Origin: Vicugna vicugna
Taxonomy: Eukaryota
Assembly (NCBI GenBank): GCA_013265495.1
Contig: MU058718.1
Coordinates: 186,001 to 250,000 of the forward strand
DNA length: 64,000 bases
Direction of reading: 5' to 3'
In this document: positions 37,721 to 50,961 of the stretch, piece by piece
How positions within the stretch are numbered: position 1 is the stretch's first letter
How the letters are laid out: every line of letters starts with the position of its first letter
Notes under the pieces: generated by a model
Databases searched by the model: none
What the model was told of the DNA's origin: nothing
What the model saw: only the letters and a program-made list of their open reading frames with translations
Program-made: the position numbers and the translations under genes

Positions 37721-38819
37721 TCCATTTTAAGAAGTTTCTTCTGGCTGCAAGACTTCAACAACTGTTTTGATGGCCCTTTCTTTTCTTTCCATAAAGTCCT
37801 CATCCTCAGAGAGACTTAAGACTGTTTAGAACTGGGATATAGAGTAAGAGCAGCTGTGGAGGACCATCTCTTCTTTTGTATCTATGGTTCACTTCACCAG
37901 CTCCAGAACCACACCATCTTTGCCAGGATCTGCACCTGCAAAATGCATACCCTGCACTCTCCCGCTTTCTGTATATAACTCCATCCTGAAACAACGCCTT
38001 GCATCTGGCTAGCAGAATCCACATCACATGTCTGCACACTAACAAGAAAGAAAGTGAGCAAAAGGTAATGATTCTGCATTGAGAAGGCAGGATTTCTACT
38101 GCAAGGAGCTATGATTATGGGAAGAGACTGTTCAGAAGATTTGGGCAGCCGTGAATAACAGATGCTCATTACAGTTGCCATACTTGCATCATGTGACCTG
38201 GCTACTCAGGACAGAACCATTCATCTATAGTCAAACATAAGGAAAATATTAACCCTTTGAAGTGGCTTACAGAAGAACTCTGTCTGATAGGGACAGAGAG
38301 AGACCGAGTAACACAATGTAATCCTTGCTCACAGAATCTTACAGTGCGACATACAAAGAGGTGAGCAGTTAGCAGACAGAAAAGTGGGGTTACAGAATGG
38401 AGAGAGACAAGGCCAGGGAACAGAGAGCCACACCATCCAATTCAGAGGTGATTCTTGCAAAAGCTGTTGTGGTATCACTAGATTTGCCACAATATCTGGA
38501 CTCATATTTTAGTTTTATATGGAGCCTGACATAAAACTCACATTACAAGAGAGGACATCTCTGACAACATGTCTGCTCCTGCAATCTGAAGCATGCAACC
38601 CTCTGCACCCCCTCAAAGTATAGCAAATTCCAAGTGTCCAGTGGTTGCCCATTAGATTTCAGCTCCAAAGGGACCCATGTCTGGTTAATTTGTAGATCAT
38701 CCCAAAGCAGCTAATATTTATGGAAAGTGCTTAGGAGATGTTTGTTGAAAATTGAAATGAGGATGTAAGTGGTAAGTGCTTTGGGACTCAATAGAGAATG
38801 ACCGCTGTTCTAAGTCCAG

Positions 38820-39315
38820 TGTGACAGGTGCTCTGGGTTGGTGCTCTCAACACAGGCTCATTATCTGCTTTTCTCTGCCCTGCTTCCTGTGCCTTAGAAG
38901 GATGACCTCTACGGACTGCAAGCCCTGCACTCCCTCAGCCTGTGGCTTTCCCCTGGGAATGGCCAAAGAGAAGCACTGCTCCTGATAATGGGAGGGAGAG
39001 AGAGAGACACGGGATCTCATTGCCTGCAGCCCTGCGTGGTTCTGGCAGAGGCCGTATTACTCTGTGGCCATACCTACTGCCAGGTAGTCTCTCTTGCATG
39101 GTTCCAGCTCCCTGGGTCTCTAGTGACGTTCACTTCCTTTGCTTTTTCAGACCAATGGTGGTAAAATCTCTTAGCTGTTGTTAATCCCTGGGTACTTCAC
39201 CAGCCTTTGGTGAATCCCTTAACCCTGCCCACACTGAAAATAGTCCCTGTTTAAATGCTTCAGCTAAACCCATTGAGTGGGCCATTTGTTTCCAGCCAGC
39301 ATGCTGACTGATACA
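38820..39315 (+). mobile_element. ERVL LTR33-like solo LTR
   Basis: TG...CA ends, ccttaaccctgcccacac, and 3' end gccatttgtttcc..ctgactgataca. Confidence 0.85.
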
Positions 39316-39899
39316 TTATATTCATATTCTAGAAAGGAGGAGGTAATACAGTACTTGTCCCCAGGTAGTCTTACCACATGGAGACAGGTCAAGTTCACAC
39401 AGTCTGAAAGAATATGCAAAACAGCCTTTAACTTCTAGCACCGGAGATACAGGAGCGACTCCCCAAATTCTTTCCCTGGAGCTGGACCTCAACCTCTCCC
39501 TCTCCCACCACCTTATCAGAGAAGCCTCCTCCCCTATAGCTACAGATTTTTTTGTTTTTTAATCTCCCTTTCCCTGGCTCCAGGGACCTGCTGCTTCTTG
39601 TGCCAACTGTCAGTCTTTTCACCTAGTCAGGTTCCTTGCCAGGTGGGGTTGGAGTTTCCAACCCGGAAGCCTCAAGATGGATAGAGAAAAAAGCGAACTT
39701 AGTGATCTGCACTCAGGTTGTGGTAACTGTAAAATAACCAGACCCTCCATGGATAAGGTTAAACATCCTATAGGTGTTTCCCGCACTTGCTAGGTTTACT
39801 AAAAGGCTGGACATCTTCTATTAGGCTGCCCTGGCGTGTATCTAACTCTGGGAGAGAGAGGGAGGAATCTGAAAGCGGACTTCGATCCTACTACCTTAG

Positions 39900-40720
39900 A
39901 AACTACTTTGAGGAAGGAGAACTTGAGCTTAGCTTTAAAGGAGAAACAAGATTAAACAATGGAGAAGGAAGGGGGCATTTCAGAAAATACAGAAGAATGT
40001 GAGCAAAGAAGATGGGAGTGTGGCAGCTGGGAAGAAGTGAGCACATCAAGTAAGAGGGAGATGGATTTGGAGAGCTGAGTAAAGTACCAATTTGGGAGGC
40101 CTTCAATGCCAGGATAAAGGTTTTAAGGCACCTTGAAAGGCTCTTAGCAAGGCAGTATTTCAGAATTCACATATAAAATTGATGGGAGGGGTAGTGACAG
40201 GATAAGGTAGAAAATAAGTGCGGATATCCAGATGCGAGGTTGTGACGGTCTGAGCCAGGGCAGTGGTCCTTGAAAACGTTACAAGGGAAGAAACTACACT
40301 TCGGATACAGGGTGAATGTGGCAGAAAAGGGAAAACAGATGATAAGGATGACAAGTTCTGAAATTGAGAGACTGAGAGAATGATGGTGCAGAGGCAAAAA
40401 CAAACCTTAGGGAGAGCTAGTCATAGATGAAAGATGAATTAGGTTTTAGGTATAGTGCATTGACATGGTACTGTGCCTCCTAGTGGAGGTGGAAATGGAG
40501 GCATGAAACAGAAAGGTTTGGAGGCATGAACTGGAAAGGTGATTACTTGAAGTCATGACAGTGAGCAGCATGTCTGAGAAAGTCTTTGTGTTAAATCATG
40601 GGGTTCAGAACTAAACATTAGGACAGGCTCACCTTTAGGGAGTCAGAGGAGAAAATAAAGGGGTCAGGACAGAAACAATATGAAAAATGGGCAGAGAAGA
40701 AGGTGGAGAAATGAGACAGC
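39900..40720 (-). mobile_element. L2 fragment
   Basis: Purine-rich L2 antisense motifs such as gggcatttcag, ggccttcaatgccagg and gatgaattaggttttagg. Confidence 0.6.
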
Positions 40721-40737
40721 ATAAGAAAACCAAGAAA

Positions 40738-41085
40738 AGCCTATTTCAAAAGGTCACATACTATGTGATTCTATTTCTGTAACATTCTCAAAATGACAAA
40801 ATTATACAAATGGAAAGCAGATTAGTGGTTGCCCAGAATCATGGGGGGAGTGGCTCTAAAGGGGCAACGTGAGGACCCCATGTAGTGAAAGAAATGCTTC
40901 ATATCTTGACTGTATTGATGTTAATATCCTGGTTGTGATATTGTACATTATACTATAGCTGTGTGAGATAGTGAAACTTAATAAAGGGTACACAGGATCT
41001 TAGTATTATTTCTTGCATATGAATCCACAATTACAAATTTGAATTTACAGTTACAACTAACAAAATTGAAGATTTAATTTGAAAT
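40738..41085 (+). mobile_element. L1MC-type 3' end
   Basis: aaaaggtcacatactatgtgattc..aaaatgacaaaattata..agattagtggttgcc and ttaatatcctggttgtgatattgtac. Confidence 0.8.
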
Positions 41086-41093
41086 ATTGAAAT

Positions 41094-41312
41094 GGGAGGA
41101 CGATAAATCTCAGAAGTAGAGCATGTGCTCAGCACGCATGGGGTCCTCGGTTCAATTCTCAGTACCGCCATTGAAAAAATTAATAAATAATTAAATAAAT
41201 AAAGCTAATTACCCCTCCATGCTCCCCCCAAAAAAACCAAGGATAAAATACCGGGCTTTAAAAAAACAAAATAAAATAATAAAATAAAAAGGAAAGAAAG
41301 AAAGAAAGAAAA
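41094..41312 (+). mobile_element. Camelid tRNA-Ala SINE, long form
   Basis: Diverged head with B box ggttcaattc, gctaattacccctcc segment, and an A/(GAAA)n tail. Confidence 0.85.
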
Positions 41313-41677
41313 CGAAGGAGTAATTCCAGAAAAGATAAGCTCAACATTTGAATTTTAACACAGATACCTCAGCCTTTCCAAAAGTACCCTTCAAGATTTT
41401 GAAAACAAGATTAGAGAATAAAGCAGTGGGGTCAAGAGCATGAACTTGTGTTAAATTAGGACCTCCTGTCAAAAATATATCCCTAGAAACGTTGATTTAC
41501 ATTACTGAATGCTGATATAATCCTGAAGCCATTGGAAGGTATATTAGTTAAGATGCCTTTGGATTCAAATAACAGAAAACCCAATTCAAATTAGCTTACA
41601 CAATATAAATGAAAGTTTGTTGGCTCATGTTCCTTGAAAAGCCCACAAGCTTTAGGTTTGGTCTAAACTAAAGAAGA

Positions 41678-42449
41678 ACACCTAAATATAAGACCAGATA
41701 CTATAAAACTCCTAGAGGAAAACACAGGCAGAACTCTTTGACATAAATCGCAGCAACTTTTTTTATCTGTCTCCTAGAGTAATGAAAATAAAAGCAAAAA
41801 TAAGCAAATGGGACCTAACTAAACTTAAAAGCTTTTATATAGCAAAGGAAATCATACACAAAATGAAAAGACAACCTATGGAACGGGAGAAAATATTTGC
41901 AAATGATGAGACTGATGGGATTAATTTCTAAAATACACAAACAGCTCATATAGCTAAATATCACAAAACCAAACAATTCAATCAAAAAATGGGTAGAAGA
42001 ACCTAAATAGATACTTCTCCAAAGAAGACATACAGATGGCCAACAGGCACATGAAAAGATGCTCAATATTGCTAATTATTAGAGAAGGGCAAATCAAAAC
42101 TACAATGAGGTATCACCTCACACTAGTCAGAATGGCCATCATCAAAAAGTCTACAACTAATAAATGCTGGAGAGGATGTAGGGAAAAAAGAACCATTTTA
42201 GGTAGGTAGGAATGTAAATTGGTGCAGCCACTATGGAGAACACTATGAAGGTTCCATAAAAAACTAAAAATAGACTTACCATATGATCCAGCAATCCTAC
42301 ACTTGGGCATATATCCAGAGGAAACTCTCATTTGAAAAGATACATGCACCCCAATGTTCACAGCAGCACTATTTACAACAGCCAAGACATGGAAACAACC
42401 TAAATGTCCATTGACAGATGAATGGATAAAGAAGATGTGTGTGTACACA

Positions 42450-42493
<44 letters not shown>

Positions 42494-42850
42494 AATATTA
42501 CTCAGCCATAAAAAAGAATAAAATAATGCTATTTGCAGCAACATGGATGAACCTAGAGATTATCACATTAAGTAAGCCAGATAGAGAAAGACAAATATCA
42601 TATGATATCACTTATATGTGAAACCAAAAAAAAAAAAGATACACATGAACTTATTTACAAACCAAAAATAGACTCACAGACATAGCAAACAAACTATAAT
42701 TACCAAAGGGTAAAGGGGTGTGGGGGAGGGATAAATTAGGAGTTTGGGATTAACATACACACACTACAATATATAAAATAGATAAACAACAAGGACCTAC
42801 TATTTAGCACAGGAAACTACATTCAGTATCTCATAATAACACATAATGGT
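41678..42850 (+). mobile_element. L1 ORF2 C-terminus and 3' UTR
   Basis: acctaaatataagaccaga..ataaaactcctagaggaaaaca..ccatatgatccagcaatcc..gactcacagacatag. Confidence 0.95.
42451..42490. repeat. (AC)20 microsatellite
   Basis: Perfect dinucleotide run inside the L1. Confidence 0.98.
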
Positions 42851-43626
42851 TTGAATTTGAAAATGAATATCAACATCAAAAAAAAGTGCTAACATTAAAA
42901 AAAAGTGAAAACCAAACTTCTTGAAAAAGAACACAAAGGGTTTGAACTTGAGCCTGATGAAATCTCTGGATACAGTTGCCAACTTCTAGGAAATATGAGG
43001 GCACAGCAATATGCAGAACTAAATTGTGAGTGTGCAGTCAGCAAAATTCAGTCTGTAGGACACACTATGTATCAAACAGAGTTTATAATAGAGAAAATGT
43101 AAGGAGAAGAAAGAATGGAGGGAGAACTGGTAGTTCACAAGAGATTTAAAAGATATAACAAGATGGGATTTTTTTTCCTTTTAAATGGGCAAAACTAAAC
43201 TATAGTGTAAAGAACTGCAAGAGAGAGATTGCCATGAAAGTCAGGAGAGAGGTTATTGTGAAGGAAGAGAGGGGGCTGTGAATAGTATGGGGCCAACGGG
43301 ACTTCTGAAATGACTGGAAAAGTTCTATTTCTTGACCTGGGTGGAGGCCATAGGGTATTCACCTTATAATTATTCACTAAGCTCTATATTTGTTTTGTTT
43401 ATTTTTCTGTTTCTATGCTTTATTTTATAATTGAAAAGTTTTTAAAGGTTATAGTTGTTTACAGAGACAAATCAACCTGGGAAAGGTAAGGAATAAAGCA
43501 TTTCCAATGGATCCATATTATAATATAGTTGATTATTATTATGTATTTGAACTAGTGTAGGTCCATTTTTGTCTTCTAAAACTTAACAATATAAATAAAA
43601 ACTAAAACTGGTATAGAATCATAGAA

Positions 43627-43814
43627 CACACAAACTACTGTACATAAAATAGATAAGCAACAAGGATTTACTTTATAGCACAGGGAACTATTTTCAACAT
43701 ATCATAATAACCTATAATGGAAAGTAATTTGAAAAAATATATATATAACTGAATTATTTTGCTGTACCTCTGAAACTAACACAATATTGTAAATACTGTA
43801 CACTTTAATAAAAC
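43627..43814 (+). mobile_element. 5'-truncated L1 3' UTR
   Basis: ataaaatagataagcaacaaggattt..agcacagggaacta..gctgtac..tgaaactaacacaa, flanked by atcatagaa repeats. Confidence 0.88.
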
Positions 43815-43899
43815 ATCATAGAATATATACAAAAATAAAAACAAAGAGCTCTTACAGTTCAGTATTTTCTACAACTGGCTTCTTTGGAACATTCATTCT

Positions 43900-44110
43900 A
43901 CAGGGGTTAGTAAGCGCTATCACAAAAATGGTGAAAAACAAAGCTTAAATGGTCAAATAAGTCAGGGAAATGGAGTTAAAGAGATATTCTTATTGTTTAA
44001 TATTTTAGGGGCTTTAATAAACCAGTGTGTAATTTGAAGCTTTAAGAACAGACTATAGTGGCATTATTTCCCATTCTTATTTGACTGGTTTCTTTTATTT
44101 TCTTATCTAG
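43900..44110. mobile_element. MER103C-like hAT element
   Basis: Internal inverted motifs ggtcaaataag..gggaaatg and atttccca..cttatttgac. Confidence 0.6.
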
Positions 44111-45664
44111 AGACACAAATAAAGCAACTTCATTAAAAAGAGTAATGCCTATGTCTAACAGCAGCAAATAAGGGATTTTTATTATGATTATCATTTTATA
44201 ATGCCCTCTTCTCAATGAGACCAGGGACTTAGTTCTATTTATAACTAAATCCTCAGTGCCTAAAACAATGCCTTATACACAGTAGATGCTCAAAAACTAC
44301 ATATGAATGAATGAATGACTTCTCAACATGGCAAGTAGTTAGGATCAAAGACCTTTTTTGTAGAAAATCAAAATTTAAATTCATTTGTAGATTTTGCAGA
44401 AAATCAAAGAGTAGTGGCCTGATTAAGAGATCTGCTGTCATTTCAGTGGCCTAAAGTGTTTCTTTCACATCACTGTGTTTCTACCAATAAATTTACAGGG
44501 ATGATTATTTAAAGAAAGCTGTAATAGCCAAGTGCTAAGTTCTGCTACTTTTTTTTTTAATGTATAAATGAACTGTTTCTAGAAATTCACCTAAACTTTC
44601 ATTTTATTATCTAAACATTTACCTTTGCACCTTACGCATCTAGGGAGGCAGTAAACATCATAGTTAATTAAGATTACAGGCTTTGGAGTTAGGCAGTGAC
44701 ACCCTATTCTACTTATTTCCTTCCATTCTTATAAGAGGAAATTTTAATACCACAGTATACTCTGACATCATGCTAGAAAAGGAACCAAAGATCACCAGTT
44801 GAATTAACATATCAGTCAGAGACTCTGCCCCAGCAACTGTATTTCCACGTTGTCCCACTCTCTTACTTATTTCAGTTTGGCATTTTGACAGAAAAAATGA
44901 TCTCATGACTACAGCCTTGAACTAAAATTAGACTACTATTTTTCATTTCCAGCACTACCTCTGATAAGCCCTATGACCATAGGAAAACTATTTAACTTAA
45001 GTGCATTTATTCCTTCATCTATAGCAGTGACAAAATTCCAATCTTCAGAGAAGCAGATAAGATGATAGCGGAGAGCATAATGTGCTATTTTTTTTTTATC
45101 TCAGCATATTAAGGAAGCAGCAGGGTGTGGTGGAAAGTGCAGCAGGCTGAAAGAAAATCTGGATTCTAGTTGTGATATGTCACTAGATGGCTGGGTAGTC
45201 TTGTACACATTACTTAACCCCTATGGGTTAGAATCTAGCTGCTAGATGACCTCTGGGATCCTTTCCAACTTTCAAAACACAGCCTAAGATTCTCATCATT
45301 ACTCGGGATTACTATTGTGTGTGTCTAAAATGTGTCTATAAACTGTTCCTTTGATTGCCTGATGCTGAGGTCTTTGAGGGGACAAAAAACTACCACCCCT
45401 CTTTCCTGCCCTAATTCTGAACCAGTTGAGGATACAGACAATAAAGCATTAGGGGCTGGGAAGAGCCAAAATTTCACCTTTATTATTAATGAGACTAGAG
45501 TGGATAACATGGCACATACCTGTGGGCAAGTGGACTTCTTAAAACTGAACCCCACACTTAGAAGACCGTCTCACCTAGGCCCTACCCTAGACTTCCCTAC
45601 ATAAAATCAGGTATAAGTAAAGCTTTTCGAACGGAAGAACAGAGGAAAGTGTGCGCTCTCAGGA

Positions 45665-46140
45665 GAAAGTTTTTTTGTAGATGTCCTGTACTAGGTTACG
45701 TTCCCTACTGTTCCTGGTTAATTGATTGCCTTTATCATAAAGGTGTGCTGAACTTTATCAAATGCCTTTTCTATATCTATCGAAGTAATTATGTGGTTTT
45801 GTTCTTTATTCTATTGATAAAGTATATTGCATTAATTCACTTCACGTATTAAACCATCTTTGCATTCCTGGGATAGATCTCTGGGTTATGGTGTATAATC
45901 CTTTTTACATGTTCCTGGATTCAGTTTGCTAGTATTTTTTGAGGATTTTTATGTCTATATTCATAAGAGATACTGTTCTCTAATTTTCTTTTCTTATGAT
46001 ATCTTTGGTTTTAACATGGTAATACTGACCTCATAGAATAAGTTGGCAAGTGTTCCCTCCTCTTCTATATTTTAGAAGTGTTTCTGGAAAATTGGTATTA
46101 ATTCTTCTTTAGATGTTTGATACAATTCACCAGTGTGAAA
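45665..46140 (-). mobile_element. Old L1 ORF2 (RT region) fragment
   Basis: tcaaatgcctttt, aaccatctttgcattcctgggata, tggattcagtttgctagtatttt and gtgttccctcctcttcta. Confidence 0.85.
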
Positions 46141-46154
46141 CCAGCTGGGCCTGG

Positions 46155-46350
46155 ATTAAGCCCTCTTTTAAAAGTGTTCCAAATGATTACGTCAGGGATA
46201 CCCAGGATAATCTCCTTTTTCATTAATTTACAGCAACTAATTAGGGATTTTTGTTACAACTGCAAAATCTTTTCATAGTAGCTCCTAAATTGTTTGACTT
46301 AATAACTGGGAGAAGGTGAGTATGTGCTACAAAACGGCTGCTGCCTCCCA
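46155..46350 (-). mobile_element. MLT1 LTR fragment
   Basis: acccaggataatctcc..ttaggga..ctgcaaaatc..aataactgggagaaggtg. Confidence 0.75.
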
Positions 46351-46360
46351 GTTCCTCCTC

Positions 46361-46610
46361 ATAGTGATTCAGTCATACATATATGTTCGGATTCTTTTCC
46401 ATTATAGGCAATTACAAGGTACTGGTTATAGTTCCCTGTGTTATACAGTAGGACCTTGTTGTTTATCTGTTTTATATGTAATAGTATTTGCAAATCCCGA
46501 ACTCCCAATTTATCCCTCCACCCACCCCTTCCCCCCTGGTAACCACAAGTTTGTTTTCTATGTCTGTGAGTCTGTTTCTGTTTTGTAAATAAGTTCATTT
46601 GTCTCATTTT
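46361..46610 (-). mobile_element. L1 3' UTR fragment
   Basis: tatagttccctgtg.tatacagtaggaccttgttgtttatc..ctggtaaccacaagtttgttttctatgtctgtgagtctg. Confidence 0.9.
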
Positions 46611-47086
46611 GATGATAAAAACAACTGAAAACATTAAACACATTTTCATGTCTGAGTTTACCCATTTCACCTGAAGGGCGAAGTCGAAGGAAGGTAGGTG
46701 CCAGGAATCAGGGAGTTGGACAGAAGGTAAATAACAGGCACAGATTTATGGAACGATGAGTTCCAATAATTAAGTAACCAAAAGGTAACACATGAGTGAG
46801 ATGTTGCAACACAAATAGTAACCAAGAGTGCCTTGCGGTTGGCTGTGGAGAGAATTGCATTATGAATATCTTACCATAAGGGTCTGAGAAAACTTTGTAA
46901 ACTAGGGATAGCTTTCCATGTGTCTTGAGTGAAGACTTGTTTTCTTCACATTCTTATCGAAAAACCTAGGTTTGGCCAAAAGAGCTTAAAGACTTTGCCA
47001 CCCTCCAAAAGTCATGAAATACTGAAAAACAAAATGACTTTCCTTATGCAAGATTTAAACTTTTCTAAAGTAGTTGATCTCTCTTC

Positions 47087-47180
47087 TTTTTTTTTATTTT
47101 TTAATTGTAGGTACTGGAGATTGAACCCCAGACCTCGTGCATGCTAAGCATGCACTCTACCACTGAGCTATACCTACCCC
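47087..47180 (-). mobile_element. Camelid tRNA-Ala SINE, short form
   Basis: The reverse complement is close to tRNA-Ala(AGC). Degenerate TSD tagttgatctctcttc / tagctggactctcttc. Confidence 0.93.
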
Positions 47181-50100
47181 TAGCTGGACTCTCTTCAAAG
47201 GAAATTTGACATGTAATTTGGAGGAATGCAATCTTGAAGCAAAAATCTTCATTTAGGGACATTTAGATGGTGAAAGAAAAGGAACATCCCACACTCCCTA
47301 CACACACCCAGAGCTAGTGTGATAAACTATTGTTAGATTTTATACTGTTACGAAAAATATGTTTCACAAAAAAGATTGAGCATGTAAAATAAAATACCTC
47401 TGATTGTCTCAGAAGAAGTAAAAATATCATCATTCTTGGTTTACCACACCTGCTACAGCCCTTGTTCACTCTGTAATTTATTGCTTATTTATACAGGACA
47501 ACTCAGCAGATGTCACATCTGGTTATCCTACAGGTTTGGAGTTTTAGTTTATTTTTAACTGGAATGGCATGAGAAATTTTAGTGCCTTGACTGAGCTTAC
47601 ACTGCAAAAATTTTTAACCTGAACTTTGGTATATCTAGAACCTTCCTGAAACTTTAAGACTGACCTAATAAAGAAGAGAAAGTGAATACTATTCAAAAGA
47701 AGTAGGATGAGGAAGATGGGAGAAAGAAACATCAGTACTGGAACCCTCCAGATTAACTCTTCACCTTGGATTTGATATAGTTATTAATGTTGCATTAGAC
47801 AACCCAGTTCTGTGCAGTGAGGAAAAACCTCTCAATGAAAAATGTCTGGCTATTCTCTTTTAATGTCATCATTGTGAAACAAAATGAACAACAAAACTAT
47901 ATTTGCAAGTTAGCTGTAATAGCTACCAAAACTAAATATTGCCACCCCCTAAAACCCCAAAACCCCACTCTAAACATGACAACCCACATGCATACAGAGG
48001 CTAGAAGTCATAAAGCAATAGTTTGATAAAATATACTTCTATTAAAATCATACAACTCCAAAACAAAAATACCAGAGATAGAAAGGATGTGGGTAAACAG
48101 GAACCTTCATTTACTGCCAGGGAAAATAGAAACTGTAGGCTACAACCATTTGGAAGAGCAATTTGACAATATCCAGTACAAAGGTATGGGACTCACAAGC
48201 CAGCAGTTTCACCAGTAGTCAGATGAACTAGAGAAATTCTCAGACATGTGCCCAAGGAGATATGTTCAATGTAGTGCTGATTTTACTAGAAGAATCTAAA
48301 TGTTTATTAATTTTTAAATAGAAAATGAAATTCCCCAAAGGGAATACTATTGAGTAGATAAAATGAATAAACTCAATTTACCTGTATCAATATAGATCAA
48401 TTTTGAAGTCAGGTGGAATAACCATGATAAGCTGCAGAACAATATGCACAGTATGATGCAATTTATATAAACTTTACAATTTTACAAAATTATATGTATT
48501 TTTTAAAGAAATAGATTTGTGAAAAAAGTATAAAAATGTAGAAGTATACTGTTTAAAATGCTTGCCAAATTCACAGGTCTTGTCAAATTCACAGGTGACG
48601 TCTTTGTTTAGGCTAAGCCTAATTTGAGTTCTTTTAAAAACAAGCAATCAGGTAGAATTTTCAGAGTATTTTCAAAAGACGAGAGATTATTCCAAGATTT
48701 CTTAAAGTTGTCTTTTAATTCTTTCTGCAAAAATGTTCAGACATGACCACATTGGTTTCATCACTCTACCTATAAAATTTCTTCTTTTTCATATGTGCAC
48801 GTGGGTCTGAACACCCTAGCCCCTATGACTTTTTATAGAGGCGGACCCAAGGGCTTTGACCCCAATTATGCTTCAAAGTGGGCAAAAAGAGGTATTATGG
48901 CCTTTAAAAAAATAACGTCTCCTGGTATCAAAATAAATTATAGTATAATATGTAATATATCCAATCATAACTTCATTTGACCCAAGTTTGATGGGTAGAT
49001 TCTTCTCTGTTCCTTATTGGCAATATTAATCAGAAGGCCGGCACAGTTTGTGAATGGCTTCTCATGAAAACTTTGCAACCCCTACTATCAAAATAATGTG
49101 ACATTAATCTTAGAAAGATGCTTGTAGATCTTGGTGGAACTTACTTGAGAACAACTGTTAACAGTCAATTGGTTATTGTTATCTTTTTTTTTTCTGAACA
49201 ACAAAGGAAAATATCTAAATATTTTGTGATTTGTTTCTTTCACCCAGCTTTGTGTTGTGAGATTTTTCCATATTGATGCGTGTAGCTTTGCTTCCTTAAT
49301 TTTTATTGCTGGATAATGTTCCAATATGTGATTAGACCCATGATTTATCCATCCACTGTGTTGTTGTGCTGTTATGGTTCAGTTTTAACCGCAATTAACA
49401 ATTTTAAAGTTGACAGTTTTAGAATGTTTTAAATTTATTGCAATAAGCTAAAATAACTGTCATAAAAATAGTTTCATACTGTTTAGAGAAATTGTTAATA
49501 CCTAGTGCTCCCTGTGAAATTTTTTGTTGTGTCCAGTAATAGGGGAAAATTTAAGATATGTTTATATAGAACATTTTTCCTTTATAGTCATATATTCACA
49601 ACATTTTTTTATTGAGGTATAATATATATACAGTAAAATGCACAAATCTTAAATATATATAGCTTGATGAATTTTACATATGTATATACCTTTGTAACCA
49701 CAGCCTTGATCAAGATACAGAACATTTTTAGTATTTTTAAATTATGACTGTTTCACAGCTCTATTTATTTCTTGTTTCTACCTACAAAATAGCCATCTGC
49801 CTAAATTTTTGTTCACAGGCCCAATACAGGTCTGTATAATGCTGGTTTCTGGACTTTTGGGTGCCACCACATGGTGAATCTGCTGTACTGCAACTAGGTT
49901 CCTTTAAAGAAGGACTCTAGAAATTAAGATTTCTAAAACGAAAAGTGATAATACAGATTCTGATACAGCTAACAAAATAGGTGAACTAATGTTTCTATTA
50001 AAAAATAATAAATATTTATCTTCCAAAATTAGGATTTAAGACCAAGTAGATAATGATATCACCTATATTATAGTTAAATTGAATATTTAACATTCTGCTT

Positions 50101-50622
50101 GCATATTTAGCATATAAAGAAAAAGAATGGCTTACTACAGATATTATTGGCAACCAGCTGTAAAATGCCTTGAAGTTGGTAATGTACAGAAAGTATAAGA
50201 ATAAAATTATATGCAAGTAATGTATTCAAACCTTTGAACTTACTGAGTTTAAAAATTTTTTGTACTGTATTCTGGCTATAGATTGCTGTAATTCTCTTTG
50301 GAATTATGCCATTCTATAGTGGCTACATAACAGTATTATCTCTTAGAAAGCACAGTGAAATTTTTGAAAGCTCACTGGAGACACATCATCCAAATAGATC
50401 TCTACAGGATTTTACATTTTTCAGTATTTTACATCTATGGGGAGAAAAGAGAACTCAAGCACTGAGAACTTTAACGAATATTAAGGAAATGCATACAGAT
50501 AATAAATGATTTTGTGTGCACATGCAATGTATGTTGAAGAATAAGGGAGGGAAGGAGAAAATGGATGGACTCTAAACAATGTTTTATTCCTATAAATGTG
50601 GAGCTTATTAAGAATCCCTAGG

Positions 50623-50961
50623 GAGTTGAGCCAAGATGGCAGGGTAGAGAGACTCACAGTTCACCCTCTCCCACAAATACATCAAGAATTACGTCTACAA
50701 ACACACAGAACACCTACTGAACTCTGGCAGAGTGTCTCTTGCTTTGAAATACAGGAGGATTCTCACAAAATCTGATGAACAAGCTTATACTGTATAACAC
50801 AAAGAGCTATATTCAATATCTTGTAGTAACATTGTGAAAAAGAATATGAAAACAAATATATGTATGTTCATGTATGACTGAAGCATTGTGCTGTACACCA
50901 GAAACTGACATATCGTAAACTGACTATACTTCAATAAAAAAAATGTATATACATAAAAAAA
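50623..50961 (+). mobile_element. Bipartite mini-L1: L1 5' end fused to L1 3' UTR
   Basis: YY1 motif CAAGATGGC (50632-50640) and an L1 5' UTR-like tract run to 50774. Then 50775 onward aligns with the L1 3' UTR at 27166-27003. AATAAA lies at 50933 and the TSD matches 11/13. Confidence 0.85.
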
